Source of the DNA: a virus
Reading direction: 5' to 3' (one strand)
Length of the DNA stretch: 64,000 bases
IMG/VR virus record: IMGVR_UViG_3300032007_000018
Location: 72,445-136,444 of that record
Made by a program: the position numbers and the translations under genes. The notes under the pieces were generated by a model. The model had not been told where the DNA came from, did not search any database, and saw only the letters and a list, made by a program, of their open reading frames with translations. This document shows positions 1 to 14,010 of this stretch, piece after piece (position 1 is the first letter of the stretch; each line of letters opens with the position of its first letter).

Positions 1-1272
1 AGTATCTACGGTAGAGAACCCAATTTGCACCCATAAATTTATCTGGTTTCTTCGCACCTATACTTTCCCTATACCATCGAATTTCGTATTCCGAACTTGA
101 ATCTTCTCCAAGATTATTTATAAAATCTCTATAAGAAACGGATTGAATGCGGTCATTACCAAAATCATGAATCCAGCGTAATCCAATTTCTTTTTTGTAT
201 AAATCATTATCTGTGAAATATAATTCACCAGTATTTTCATCTTCTCCTGTGGCAACAGGAAAATCATATGTTAAAGTACTTAAAGTAATTAACATACCTT
301 TCTCTTTCTAAAATGAACCTAAATCATATCCAAGACATAGATATGGGTCTCTTAGAAATATATTTGGCAAAATTTGAAAAGCATTTTCCTCTGCATCTAC
401 AACTTCACTTAAGTCTTCTCCATCGCCACCATAGTATTTCTAATCATCGTTATTAGAAGGAATATAAGGTGGAGATTCAATTAATCTTTCTGCTCTATCT
501 TTAAAGTTTCCTTTCTGGTAAAAAAATAGAGCCATAGAAGTTATATACTAATCTTTTAATGAAGATATATCAAAAACGGCTTCTTGAACATAATAGGATT
601 CAAAACTATATTTATCTCCGTAAAAGTCATCACTATCTAAAAAGAAAGTTTTTGTTGATACATCTTCCTCAGATTCTACATCTTCCTCAGATTTTGCATC
701 TGGACGAAAACAAACACGGAGCAATATTCCATAGTTGCCTTCGCAACAACCTAAATTGCTTAACCAAGTAGAAAACTCTCCACGCAATCCTATTCTGTCA
801 TATCCTGTTAGCGCAGCGGAATTACTGTCTTCTGCTGACCAGGTCCAAAATGCGTGTTTATCACGATCAACATTACCTTTATAACCGTGATTAGCCCACA
901 ACCATAGATCTTTATATTCTCCCTCTATTAAATTATTAGTTACATTAACTAAAGTTTCAAAAGGAGACTAAAAAATAGCAGCGGTATTCTTTTTAGTGGC
1001 CTATCGACCAATAATAATTTTAGGCTGACTATAATCATTATTTGGAATAGTAACTAGAACGCCATCATCATTCTTATAGCCTGTTTCTAAAGAATAAGCA
1101 GTAAAAGATACTGAACCATCTGAAACAGTATATTCACCTTCATTGGCTTTTTCATCGTTGACTATTGTGCAAGCAATCGTTGTATCAAAGTTAATTGATT
1201 TAATTCTCTCCTAAAAAAGGATATCCATCGCTTGTAACAAATTTTCAGCAATGTCTTTATTAGCGCCCATCT
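1..1272 (-). CDS. Tail protein encoded just after the tape measure gene. The gene runs off the window start, so its 3' part is missing. TAG-recoded.
   Basis: Minus frame is open from the ATG near 1272 to the window edge if TAG is sense. A Shine-Dalgarno AAGGAGGG sits upstream. Track fragment 548..901 lies inside in the same frame. Position is directly 3' of the tape measure gene. Confidence 0.5.
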
Positions 1273-1350
1273 ACTTTCCCTCCTTTTTCTCATATTTCTA
1301 TAATAACATAATTTTTTTGCGAAGTCAAATAATCTCATTAGGCCAAATAA

Positions 1351-1388
1351 AAAATAAAAAGGGTAGACCTATAAGTCTACCCTTTTTA
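1351..1388. terminator. Rho-independent bidirectional terminator
   Basis: Hairpin GGGTAGACC-tataa-GTCTACCC flanked by an A-run and a T-run. It lies immediately 3' of the TGA stop (1389-1391) of the tape measure gene. Confidence 0.7.
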
Positions 1389-4300
1389 TCAAACCCTAGG
1401 GGTTTTATATGTAATATTTGACGGTCTTGCTGCATATTGAGTTGCGCGATTAATAAGATTATTAAAAGCTTCTTCAATTTCAGTATGATCTGTTGCATTT
1501 GGAAATTCTGCATGAATTGTAACTTCTTGCTCTAACGTCTAATCCAGCCCTCCAAACGAAGGAGAATTGAGTCCCGTTGAAACACTGCTTGCGGCTGCGC
1601 GCAAATCAATGGCAGAGCTAATCTAACGAACCAGCTCAATAGTAGCAAGTATATTAGCAGTGTCTTCTGCGCCAAGGACAAGCTCTTTTTCGTGTAAGAT
1701 AGCTAATTTACCATCTGAACCCCACTCACCAGTATATCCTCCAGAAGCCATGCCGACTATTTCATTATATAATTCTCTTGTAAAATACTTACCAGATAAA
1801 TTAATACCTTTTTGCTATGCAGTCTAAAATATCTATGCTAATTCATCATTAGAAAGATAGCCCGTCGTTCCTTTACTATTACGAGTTCTAGCTAAAGCAT
1901 TATATCTCCCTGAGAACCCATTTGCTGCATACTCATTTGCCATTTCTTGAGAAAAATCTGAAACATTACTAAAGTCATACTAAGTTGCAGCGTCTCTTTC
2001 AGCCATATCCATAGCAGCCGCCAATCGCATATACGCCTGAATCATAGCCATAATCTAATCATATTGTAATGCCCATTCCTTAGTAACATCTGCTACAGAA
2101 GTAAGTAAATTACCAATGGTTGGAATTGTATTCGTAATTAATTCAGTCTTTAATTGTTGATTAGCAAGTTTTAATTCATCAGTTTTCTTCTTTAAATCCT
2201 GCAAGCCAAGAGAAGTGTTATCTGTAACCACTTGTCTATCAGCATCAAGCTAATCCATGGTATCTTTAATTTCTGTGAATGTATCAATGGTATCCTGTCT
2301 ATAATCAGAACCAGCATCAATAACATCTTTATATGCTGTAGTCCAAGCCTCTCTATGATCTGTAGTGGCAACTTCATCTAACCAGCCAAGAGCAGTATAA
2401 TAACTATGTCTCTAAGCCTCAAGCAAATCATCGTAATAAGCCGCCGTCTATAAATACTTTTCATCAAATTCAGCCTAAGTAGTAATTCTGCCCTCTTGGT
2501 AATCAAGAGCTAATTGTTGTAAAGCTTCATACTTCTCACGCTCAATTTGAGTAATCTTTTCTCCATAGTCGTTAGCTTGACCTAAAACTAAATTATAAAG
2601 ATCATTTTGCTTATCAGCAAAGTTCTATTCTGCGTCATTGATTTTATCCTAATCCGCAGTATAAACATAACCATAATTACCTTCGCTATCTCTCTGCAAG
2701 CGCACAATAGACTTAGCATTTTGTGCTTCTTCAAGAGCAATTTGCGCAAGTAATAATTCATAACGTGCTTTAGCAATATCTAAATCACTCTAATTTAATT
2801 TTTCCTACTTTTGCATTTGTTCAATCTCAGTAGAGAAATTCTTTAATTTAGTCTTTGCTGCAACACTATCTGTCTTATCTATGTCTTGAGAGAGCTTTCT
2901 TAATAAAGTGTTAGTTTCGTATATCTAATTAGTTTTTGTTAAATACTCTTCTTGAACGGCTTTAGCTCTTTCCATAGAATCTGCTAAGAAGTCCCATCCT
3001 AATCCCTTTGTTAAAGCATCTTCTCTAGCCGCCATGATTTTATCTAAAGTGTTTTTATATAATTCAACAACAGACTCTAAATAAGCTTCTGCGTCTTCAT
3101 ACATCTTATTCTCTGCTTCACGGGCTTGCGCGATGGCGGGGTCAAGAACGGCTTCTTTGAATTCGCGAGCAGCCTCCTCAGAGACAGCTGGATTATTAAG
3201 TAATTCTTGATAAGTTTTTCTTGCATTATCGGCCTACTCCTGGAACATTTTGTACTCGGCAGTAGATTCTTCTAATGCATTTCTCTCCATTTCAACAGTA
3301 GCTTTAAGAACCGTTTCCATAGATTTATAATCAAATTCCTTACCAGTCAAACTTAATAAATTCTTTAAATGCTCCATAATCTCAACGTGATGAGCCATCT
3401 AATCTGTAAGCTTACGTAATTCTTCAACAGCGCCATCTATAGTATCAGAGTAGAATTGACGCATCTTTTCATTCATATCAAGCAAGCTATCTATAACTTC
3501 ATAAATTCCATCACGTGCGGTTTGAACTGCCTATATAAACTAATCTTGACTAATCTCTTCTGCCTCATAAAGAGCTTGAGCGTTCTTGTAAGCTTCCTCG
3601 TATTCTTTTCCTCTATTGAGGAATGTTGAATACTGGCTATCTATCTTATTATCAGCAGAGAAAAGATTTTTCATTACTTCGACTGTTTTATAAACACTAT
3701 CGCCTAAAATTTTGGCAGCCATCTCTAAACGTTTTAATTGAGATTCATTTAAATCGACTTTAAGATCTAATTCAGTTTGCCACTTCTCAAAATTTAAATC
3801 CTACAACTATCTAAGTTTTTCAGCAAGATCATCATTAGTATCTTGCCAAAGCTCTGAAGTTTCTTTATATTGTTCAATAATATCTTTAATAGCTTCATAT
3901 TGAGCATTATATAATTCCGTTTTACCAGCATTATCCCAAGCTTCCTATCCAGCTGCGTCTAATTTATTATACTCTTCAATTTGTTTATTTTTATAATCTT
4001 CAAGTGCTTGCATTAACTCCTCATAATTTAACAACAAGCCAGTTTCTGTGTCAATTAAAGGCTATATGGTAGTAGCTTCAACAACGCTCATTATGTCAGC
4101 ATAATGTCCAGTTATATTACCTGCTGCGTCTTTTGTAGTATAATAAGCACCAATACCTCTAGATTCATCTGCTGCTATACCAGACATTAAATTATTATAA
4201 TCAATATCTTTATATTTTTTAATTTCATTAATATAATCTTTTGTTTTGCCAATAATTTTATTTAAAGCAGCAGTTTCTTTGTCGATAGCATTAAGTCTAT

Positions 4301-7300
4301 TTGCGCCAAATAAACGATCTTTCTCAGAAGACGCTCTACTATATTCTCTAGATAACTAACCCAATGAAGACTAAACATTTGCATAACGATTTTCTGTATG
4401 CTATTTCTAAGTGGCTTTGGATTTGCTACCTCCACCACCGCCACCTTTAGATCCGCCGCCTCCGCCAGAACGACCAGATGTGCTACTTACTTTACCACCA
4501 CCAGATTTATGTGCATTTGATAATTTAATACCAGTGGCGGTTGTTTGTTTAGTTACTTCATCTGTTACTGTGACAGGAGTAATGGTTTTATGATATTCTG
4601 GGAAGTGAGTAACCTATTTATTTAATTCACCAGTTTCTGTCTCAGTAGAGAAAAACATACCTGGCTTATCAACCACAGTTACTTTTTCATCAAAAGCAGT
4701 ATCCTAATTAACATCGGTAGATTCTGCTGTTACCGTTTTAGTTTCTGCATCAATAGAAGCATTAGCAATAATTGCATCACCTGCGGCCGCAGCTGCATTG
4801 GCAGCATCTTCCATTGAACCCATAAATGGAGTAACATCACAGTCAATATGCATTCCAGAAAGACGTGCTTGAATTTCATCTGCAGTTAATCCAGCCTATA
4901 CCCATGCTTCAAGCATAGCCTATAAAGCTGGACTATTATCAATATCAATAATAGCTCCATCAGCTAAATTTGCTAATTCGCTCTTTAACTGTTCTGAAAT
5001 TTCTGATAAGCCATATTCTTCAGCCTAGGCATCAATAAAAGCATCTCTAAGTTTATCTAAAGCTTCTTGAGCTTTAGTTCCACCTTCAGCTAAATCATTA
5101 AGAATATCCGAATCAATATTAGACATAAAATCAATACTAATTAATTCTTCATTTGTGTCTAATATATCTGCTAAAGTTTTTCTTAATGCTTTATAATTCT
5201 TTTCGCTTGCAACAGTTGCTTTCGCTTCTGCTGTTTCGGCTTTATTTAATCTTTTTATAACTGTTTCATAATCGGTGTAATTATCAGCTAAATCATTAAT
5301 ACCATTATTTAAACGTTTATAACGAGTGGCTGCATCAGCAGCTGCTTCTGCTATATCAGCAGTAATTCGTGCAGTATCTTTTTCTTCTGCGTTTAAATTT
5401 CCTAATAAATCTGTATTTTGACTAAAGATATCTGCTAATACTTCTAATTCATCCGCTTCTAAGCTAAAAGCATCAGCATCTTCAGCGACAGAAGTAGCAA
5501 CTGCTAAATTATGTTCAGCTACTTTAATAGCCTCTTCATCATTACTTCTTAAAGCAGCTTGATAGGCTTCTATTTCTTGTTTAGTATTATCATACTAAGC
5601 AGCAAGAGTGGTTAATGCTTCACCATAAGCCTATTGAGCTTCTCGTGAATTATTAGTTAAACCAGTTAATTCAGAATGACGCTATCCTAATTCTTGCATA
5701 TTTTTAGCAAGAGAAAGATACTAAAAACTTAATCCTTCTAATTTAGTCTACTCTTGTTCTAAACTACTAGTTAATGTATCAATCTCCTGAGTATCAGTTG
5801 CTGTAGCCAACTATGTTTGTGTATTCTAAATATTAGTATCGCTATAAGCAATTTCTCGGCTAAGTTCAGTTTTTCTTTCATTGGTTGCATCATTACGTAG
5901 CTCTTCAGCAGAACCAACCATTGCATAAGAATCATCAGCTTTTTGTCTGAAATATCCTTGCTAGCTAGGACTCAATTCTGCATAATCTTTTGCAGATATT
6001 TCTCCACCAGTGCTTACCTTGTTAATAATTTTTTGAACTTTACCAAATTTTTCAGCAAGTTCATCTACATTGACATTTCTAATTGCTTGTCCAGCAATTT
6101 CTATCTTCTTGGCAAATTGATCAAGATCTACACCAAAATCCATACCAAGACTCTATAAATATTCTTTAAACTATTCAATACTATCAAAATCAGAAAAATT
6201 AACTTTAGAAAAAGCTTCCGCAACTTCTGCCTATAATTCTTCTGGAATCTAATTAATAATTTCAGAAAAATCTGCCTTAATTTCACTATTATTCTTAAAT
6301 AATTCTTTAAGATTAATTAGCTAATCTACAGGTAAACTATGAAAAATATTCTAAATATCTTGAGGCAATGAAGCAAATTCATCTAGTAAAGCGGTTCTTG
6401 CACCTGTAATTGCCGCTATAAATTCATTTCCTGTCATACCTACTAAAGTAGCTATAGCAGATAATTCTGTTTTAGAAATATTTAATACCTCTAAAATAGA
6501 ATCTGTATCTGTCATTTTAGATAACTGATCAGCAGATAGAGAACCTAAAACGTCTGAAAAATTAGCCTATCCGCCATTTCTCATAGCAGATTCAGATAAT
6601 CCATTCGCTAGGTTACGAGCGCTTGTACCAGCACCTACGCCCTCTAATTGTCTAGTGATAAAATCAAAACCTTCTTGAACAGCTTCTCCGGCTGCCTAGC
6701 CTGCTATGGCAAGTTTTATAGTTTCAGCATCGATTGTGTCAATAATATTTCCAGCGGCATCTGTAAATGTATATACAAATTTATTGCCTTCTTTTTTAAT
6801 CGCGACATTCGTCTGATCGACTAAATCTTCACTAAAACCTCTTACACTAGATAAATATTGTTTCTTTAAATCTACAACTTCTGCATTTTTAGAATCTGTA
6901 CTATGACCATAACCTTCTCTAAAGCCATTATAAACTTTACTAAAAGCTTCTTGGCCATATTGGCCACCATAAAATAGCTAGGCTGAATCAGCGGTAATGC
7001 CGTTATTAGCAGCATATTTAATAGCTAAATTATTAGCAGTATCCTAAATTGCCTAATCAATTCTTGTCTATCCCTATTCAACCACATCATTCATATGAAC
7101 ATAGCCCTATGTGGTTGCATTAATCTAAGACACTAAATCTTCTATACTTGCTTTTATTGTTGGATCATCCAAAAATAGATCATTAGAAGCTCGCTCTTCA
7201 TCTGACCGGATTTGTTTAATTAAATCTTCTGTAGTAATCTATTTACCAGCCTATAAGAAATCTTGAATTTCTTCCCAGCTTAATAATTGTGTTCCAGCAA

Positions 7301-10300
7301 CACCACTTAAACCGCCGTAGTAGTCAGATGCAAGTTTACTATAAGCAGTATTATTACTTGCGTATGTAGATACCGTAGTTTCCTTAGAATGATATTTGTT
7401 TGCTCCTGCTGCACGGCCAGCCTCACCAAATTGTGCATATGATAATGCTTGTGCTTTAGTGGTCTCCTAACCAAGAAGTCCTTCAAGTACAGAAAGATTT
7501 AACGTACCATCTGGATTTAAAGCTCCTTCCATAGCTAATAACTATGGATATTTTTGTAAAATTTCATCTGTTTTATCAAGAGCATCCTGTAAAGCATCTT
7601 TCCATTCAGTAGTGCCCTTTGTACACTCTTCAAGTTTATGGACAATATCGCCATAACTATCGAATTCATACTTTAAATCTTTTGCTGCCTATTGAGTTTC
7701 ATCGAGTTCTTCCTTTAACCCTTCCGTCTCTTCGGCGATACTCTTCATTGTCTTATCATAATTAGAAACAGAAATTTTTTTGAGCCAACCAACTAATTTA
7801 ATAATACCAATAATTAAAGCTCCAACAGCAATAACAATTAAACCTATAACTCCTAGAGAGGCAAGCATAGAAGTATTTAATGCATCCGTCGCTCCCTTTA
7901 ATAACCAAGTAGCTGCAGCATGGGCTTTCTTTGCCACTATACCTGTCATATCAGCAGTTGTATTGGCAATTTTAGACAACGTATTAAAGGCAAACGCTCT
8001 AGTTTGTTGATTAGTCAGCGTAGTAATTACTGGAATAATCATTGATAAAGCTGACATAATTTGAATCGCTTTTTCTCCCGCTGATAAAGAATCATTACTA
8101 ATGATTGAATCAATATTGCGAATTGCATTAACAGCAGTATTTACACTCATCAACGCAGAAGCTAAAGCCGTAATCCCCGTTGATACTAAATCTATCTATG
8201 TTGTTAAACCAGCAATAGAATTTTTAGCGCCATCTACAGCGTTCTTATGACGATTTAATCCTTCAGCAGCATCCGTTGCTGCTGAAGCTTCACGCTAAAA
8301 CTATGTTGCTAAACGCTAAGCCATAGCTTCGGCATTCTCAACGCCCATATTTCTTAAAATATTAGTTAAATTTTCTATAGAAGGAGATAATCCTCCATCT
8401 ATATCTATTTTTAAAGTATCTAAAATAGCTATAGCATCATCAAACTAATTATTTATTAATGCGTTATTTAATTCAACTAATTCTTGCTAAAATTCATCTG
8501 TTCCAACACTAGCAGCCTAAAAAGCTTGCACCATTTTCTATAAAGCTTCTTTATTATTCTATATGCCTTTAATGTCCATTGGCATATTAATAATCTTTTC
8601 AGCATAAATACTATATGCTTTTTCAGTTTCGGTATATGCCTATCTTAACTACTTCTATTCTTGTATTAAATAATAGCTTTGACTTTTATTTTTCCCCTAA
8701 ATAGATCCATTTTGCTATCTAATCAGCTGATCTGTTCTTCTTTTTTCTTCATCCGCCGCTTTTCCTAAAGCAATAACTTCCTAACCTAAAGCATTATTAA
8801 TATCCAGAATCATCTATAATTGTTTTTGGCCCTATTCGCCTAAAGTTTTTGCTTTTTCAATTGCCATATCCTGCAGTTCTGCCTGTCCAGAATAAGCAGC
8901 TTTCATCGCATCTCCTTCATTACTCCCAGAAGCTTTAGATGCAATCTCCAGAAGTCCCGCATTAGCATCTTGTCTCAGCTACTAAATTTCAGCTCTTCCT
9001 TTTGCTGTTAAAGAATGTAAATCATTAATAGCATTACGGATAGAATTAGCAATCTAATTGCCGAATACCTAGGTAACAATGCTACCAATCAGAGTTAAAA
9101 GTGGACCGACACCACCAATACCCTCAATAAAATTATCAACAACACTTAAAACTTTTTCAAAGCCATTTAATAATTTTATGAAGAATTTGTCATCTAATAA
9201 ATCATTATAAATGTCTTGTGTTGCAGCTTTTACTCTCTTGCCAGCAGCTTCCCACGATTCTGCATAAATATCAGCCTGCTACTACAAGGTTCCTTCTGAG
9301 CCTTCTGCTAAGGCTTGATTTGCTTGAATCTTTCCGTAGTTATTCATAATAGCCATGAATTGAGCATACTATCTTGTACCAGCAACAGTTTCAGCTAACG
9401 CAACTCGTTGAGCTTCGTTAATTTGATTCCATTTTTCGGCTGTTTCATCAAGTATATCATCCATGACTTTCAATTCACCATTGGCATCAAGAATATTAAC
9501 ACCAATAGTAGCCAAAGCTTTTGAATATTTATTCAAATCTACGCCATCTTCAAGAGTCTCTCCAAGAGATAGGCCCTGGAAACGCGCGAACATGGTCTTA
9601 AAAGCAGTACCAACAACATCTGCACTTTGTCTGGTCTCGGCAACAACGGTAGCGAGCGCTGCAGTAGCTTTTTCATAACTTAAACCAACAGTATCCGCAA
9701 CTGATGCGAACTTTTGCAAACCTTGAGCAATCTCGTCTGAGCTAGAAGCTGTAGCAGCGCCTAACTTGGCAATAACATCAGCATAATATTCTAATGATTT
9801 AGAACCGTCATTAAAATTATTCCAAATGGCGGTCATTTGACTAGACACGTCTTCAGCACTTTGACGAGATACATTTGCAAGTTTCATAGTTACATTTGTT
9901 CTATCTGTAACATCTTTTCCAGTTAAACCTTGCTGATAATAGATCAAAGCGGCATCTGTATATGCAGTAGTTGTCGTACTTAATGCTCTTGCAGCTTTAT
10001 TGGCCTAATCAGCGAATTTAGCCATCTAATCCACTGATTGTCCCGTTACAATTCTAATATTATTTAAAGATTCATTTAAATCTTGAGCATATCCATAAGC
10101 ACCCTATAAAGCACCCATAAAGCCATGTAAAATGCTTGAAGAAATTTGCCATCTTGCAGTATTTCTTAATGTAGTAGCAAAATTAGCCAATAACGTATTG
10201 GAACGTTTCAGAGGGACTTCGGCCTTCATTATAGAAGTAGCTAAATTAGAAAAAGCCTAAGTTCCACTAGGACCTAATGCCATAAGCGCATTTTTATAAT

Positions 10301-10568
10301 CATTAATAGTTGTTTTGCTAGCTCTTAATTCATTATTAAATTTAGTTAAATTTAAATTTCCTGTTGAACTAGTAGCGGATTCTAACTAAACTTTTAGCTA
10401 TGCTGCTAGTGTAGTTGCTTTCTAAATATCTTTAGATAAAGGCATTTGAGAATTTTTCTGCGCAGAAGTCATAAGCTCTGTTAGCTATCTTTGTAAAGCC
10501 TATAATTCCGCTTTAGCCTTACTTGTATCAGCAGTCATAGCTAAATTAATATTTAATTGTTTAGCCAT
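1389..10568 (-). CDS. Tail tape measure protein, about 3059 aa, with many in-frame TAG codons
   Basis: Track fragments 9369..9947 (TMP N-domain-like: MTAIWNNF, TAFKTMFARFQG), 7689..8153 (hydrophobic segments), 5961..6143 and 3540..3722 are all in one frame, with codon high coordinate = 2 mod 3. Each fragment ends at CTA on plus, which is TAG on minus. The frame stays open from the ATG at 10568 (SD GGAG) to TGA at 1389 when TAG is read through. A Gly-rich segment lies near 4440-4500. Confidence 0.8.
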
Positions 10569-10600
10569 TAATTATACTACTCCTTTCTCTCCAAAAATTT

Positions 10601-10646
10601 GATATAAAAAAATAAGGGGATAGGAAAATAATCATTCCTATCCCCG
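10601..10646. terminator. Rho-independent terminator between the chaperone gene and the tape measure gene
   Basis: GGGGATAGGAA-aataatcatt-CCTATCCCC hairpin, followed by a T-run on the minus strand. Confidence 0.6.
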
Positions 10647-10684
10647 ATTACTCCTATAATTTCTTAAAGAAGTAACATATCTAA

Positions 10685-11218
10685 TTAACCAAGTTTGGTT
10701 AGAACATCTTTTAACAGTGTGAGCTGATTGGGATCTGCCATTTTATCTTTTAACGAGTCTGCGTCAAATTCAAGATTACTATAATCCGTTTTCATAGCAT
10801 CAAGAATACCATAGATACTATTACGATATTCATAAATATTTTGCGCGGTCTTACTCAACCACATAACGATACTCTAATATTCTCTCTAAGGCAATACTGC
10901 AAAGAAATCATCAAAGAATCCGCTTCCCGCAAGTAAGTCATAAAGTTTGGCAGGATCTTCTTTTTGCTTTTCTGTAAAACTAATATTACTATATCTAAAA
11001 ACCATTTCCAAATTCATGAAAAGGGCAATTTTTGCTTCATTAATGAAGTTATTATCATCTTGGCATTGATTTAATACTGCCGCAATTAATTCCATCTTCT
11101 CCTGGATTGGTAGATACTACTTAACTTCTACAATCTATCCATTCCAGTCAAAAGATGCTACTTCTGTATTTTTGGTTAAACCAAGTTTTGTAAAGGCTAC
11201 TTTACTCATTATTATTTT
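10685..11218 (-). CDS. Tail assembly chaperone-like protein, TAG-recoded
   Basis: ATG at 11218 with SD AGGAGG. Track ORF 10886..11095 is in the same frame. TAA stop at 10685. Lies immediately upstream of the tape measure gene, and its start overlaps the end of the upstream homing endonuclease gene. Confidence 0.5.
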
Positions 11219-11801
11219 CCTCCTTTATCTCATAAAAACTCCATCTTAAGCGCTCTTTTGTAATAGGGTGTTTTCCAGCGGTTTTTCTTTCTCCATTGCA
11301 ACAACGACTAATTGGAGTGCTATTTTTTAGTCCAGCCCATTCGGCCGCAAGCATCTAACTATCAAAAATTTGATTATTATTTAGACAGATTACTTTTTTC
11401 TTAACTTTCTAATGCATTTTTTCTAGATGCAATCGTAATTTATCTATATTGTTTTTAGCATATTCTTTATTACTTAAACTAATTTTCTATTTAGTTTCTT
11501 TGGATAATTTATATCCAGAATTTCCACCTGTTTTTAAATTATATCCTTTATTACGATTTATTGTATCAAAGTATGAGATATAATATTTTTCTTTTTCATC
11601 AGCTTCTTCAATAGAAAGGTTATCTTCTAATATAATATGCTCAAAATTTTCCCAACCATATTTCTGTATAGCATTATAGAAATAAGAGCAATCTTTGTAA
11701 GAAATAGGGTGCCATCTAATTTTTAAATTACAACTCTATCCAATATAAATTTTCCCATTGACCTTATTTTTATGCATATATATACAATAATCTTTTGCCA
11801 T
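11211..11801 (-). CDS. GIY-YIG homing endonuclease (TAG-recoded) inserted between the tail genes
   Basis: Translation reads MAKDYCIYMHKNKVNGKIYIG[TAG]SCN...YGWENF...GYNLKTGG. A GIY...YIG motif is followed by TAG at the conserved Gln position. Paralogous to 23873..24583 and 60324..61150. SD AAGGAG. Confidence 0.75.
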
Positions 11802-11862
11802 TTATAAACACTCCTTTTTCTCTTTATATCTAAATATATTATAGCAAAAATTTTGATTTATG

Positions 11863-12915
11863 TCAAATATAAATTTTAACATCTTTAACCTACTAAATTC
11901 GTTCTAGCGCAGCGCCTATTTCACCATCTTTTTTCATTAATCCCGATAAAATCTTATTTAATTCAGTACTAATATCTTTATCTAAAACACTACTCATATA
12001 AATTGCTAATTTTGTTGCTACTTCATAAGGAGTTTTCTATTCATTAAAAATTTCTGAATATAACTAAATACCAGTTCGTAAATTCTTTATACTTGATAAA
12101 CGCAATGTAGTATTAGCACTTTTTTCAGTAACACGAGCTTGCTTAACTTGCGTAGAACCGACATCTCCTGCAGCAGTACCTCTTTGATAACCAAGACTCT
12201 CATGCATATGCATCCATACTGTATCAGCTGGCTCATGCCATTTTGAATCTGCATTTAATCTTTCCATTTCAGTCATTCTAGCTTGTAGCATATCAGAAGG
12301 AGTTAAATTTGGATCTTTAGACATTTTATATAATTGCATATGATGTTCCTACAAATGTCTTTCATGTGCTTCAGCTACGTGACCCATATTAATATTACTA
12401 CCCTTATCACCAATATGAATATGATGTTCATTACTCTATACATACATGGCATCTACATATTCACTATAAAGCTTATAATGTTCATTAAATAATTCTAAAA
12501 TTTTTAATTGAGCTTGATTTGTGGTTTCTTTTTCAATGTCTTCTGCTAGTGCTTTTAGATTTAACATCAAACCACTACCATTAGAACGAAGCCAATCAAC
12601 TCTTAAATGATTAGCATAAGAAATTTTACCACGAAAATAAATTGCATAATCAACAGAACTATAAGTTTCAACTTCAATACCGAATTTCTAAATTAAATTA
12701 CGAATCTCAATAGAAACCTAAATAATTCTAGTATATGCCTAAAAAAGATTTGCTACATTTCCTCTTTTTTTAATATTAGAAAGTTCTATTTCTTCTAATT
12801 CATCTACAGCTTTCATTAATCCCTAATAATTCTAACTATTTTTTCTAACTTCATCAATTAAAATTGTAAAATGATCAATTAATTCTGATAAAGAAAAGTT
12901 TTCTGCTTCAGCCAT
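11863..12915 (-). CDS. Hypothetical tail-module protein, TAG-recoded
   Basis: ATG at 12915 with SD GGAGAGG. Track ORF 12064..12339 is in frame. The frame is open to TGA at 11863 when TAG is sense. Confidence 0.45.
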
Positions 12916-12942
12916 ATTGAATTACCTCTCCTTTTTCGCATA

Positions 12943-12977
12943 ATAAAAAAATGGGAGAAGACTTGCGTCTCCTCCCA
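12943..12977. terminator. Rho-independent terminator after the major tail protein gene
   Basis: TGGGAGAAGAC-ttgc-GTCTCCTCCCA hairpin plus a T-run on the minus strand. Confidence 0.65.
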
Positions 12978-12988
12978 TTAAAGTTTCA

Positions 12989-13984
12989 TTAGTCAATGAA
13001 GAATGCATCGTGTGCTACTTCGTGAGCAGTGCGATGACGTACAAGATCGCTGTCGCTAAGTTCGTTAACGATCTGAATAGCAGCGAGAACCTTCTTTGTC
13101 TTATCAAATCTGGTGTAATCTGGGAATGCATCCATCGTAAAGGTGAATGTACTTGGATCGCCAGAAGAAGCCATAGTGAAGGTAAAGTTAGACTGAATCT
13201 TGCAGTTAGGAATAATGAATTCAGCAGGCATATCTACGCCATCAGTGTTGCGGAAGAGGGTAGAAGCCTCAAGATAATAGTTACCGCCAAACTTATCAGC
13301 AGAAATCTCAATTTGCTGAGTGTTAGAAGTCTTTTCAGTGTAATAGTCAACAAGAACAACTGCACCAGGACCAAATACACTTAAATCATCGCCATTGTCA
13401 ATGGTATTAGTGTTAAGAGTAAGCTTCCAAAGTCCAGCAAAATCTCCAGTACCTTCCTCAAGATCACCTGCAACAGCCTCAACAGGAATATAAGGCTCAG
13501 TTGCAACTTCGCCATTTTCCAGAGCCATTACATAAATGTAATCTTCTGTATCTGCAGAAGTAGGAAGATAAGGCTTTTGCTTTACATAAACTTCAACACT
13601 CTGTACAGCATAGTTGCTGGTACCCCAAATACCAGTAGAGGTAATGTGGGTAGCATCAGTTTGCTCGGTTACGTGAACCTTAATTGGCTTAGCTGCAGTA
13701 GCTTCAATAAGACCGGCACCAGAAAGAATCATGAAACCAGCAGGAGAGATAAGAGCATCTTCCATAGTGAAGGTTACTGTACGCTCACCTTCCCAAGCTA
13801 CGAGACGAGCATTACCACGACCACCCTGTGCATAAACAGTAGTAGCAGCACCTTCCATGCTGGAGGTCTTGAGACTATCAAAATAAATAACAGGCTCATT
13901 CTTATAGAAAACCTTATTACCAATCTTTTGAGCGGCCTTAGCCTTAAGGACTACATCGCAAATTTCGCGTACGCCAAATCTCAT
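12989..13984 (-). CDS. Major tail (tube) protein, putative
   Basis: Intact 331-aa ORF with no TAG and higher GC than its neighbours, which suggests high expression. Lies upstream of chaperone and tape measure genes and is followed by a terminator. Confidence 0.5.
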   Translation of the reverse strand: MRFGVREICDVVLKAKAAQKIGNKVFYKNEPVIYFDSLKTSSMEGAATTVYAQGGRGNARLVAWEGERTVTFTMEDALISPAGFMILSGAGLIEATAAKPIKVHVTEQTDATHITSTGIWGTSNYAVQSVEVYVKQKPYLPTSADTEDYIYVMALENGEVATEPYIPVEAVAGDLEEGTGDFAGLWKLTLNTNTIDNGDDLSVFGPGAVVLVDYYTEKTSNTQQIEISADKFGGNYYLEASTLFRNTDGVDMPAEFIIPNCKIQSNFTFTMASSGDPSTFTFTMDAFPDYTRFDKTKKVLAAIQIVNELSDSDLVRHRTAHEVAHDAFFID

Positions 13985-14010
13985 AATTAGTTTCCTCCTT
14001 AAATATTATT

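Noticed and set aside
4411-4593. Plus-strand poly-Pro ORF (MALDLLPPPPPPLDPPPPP)
   Set aside because: It is the reverse complement of a Gly-rich segment of the minus-strand tape measure gene, so it is an antisense artefact.
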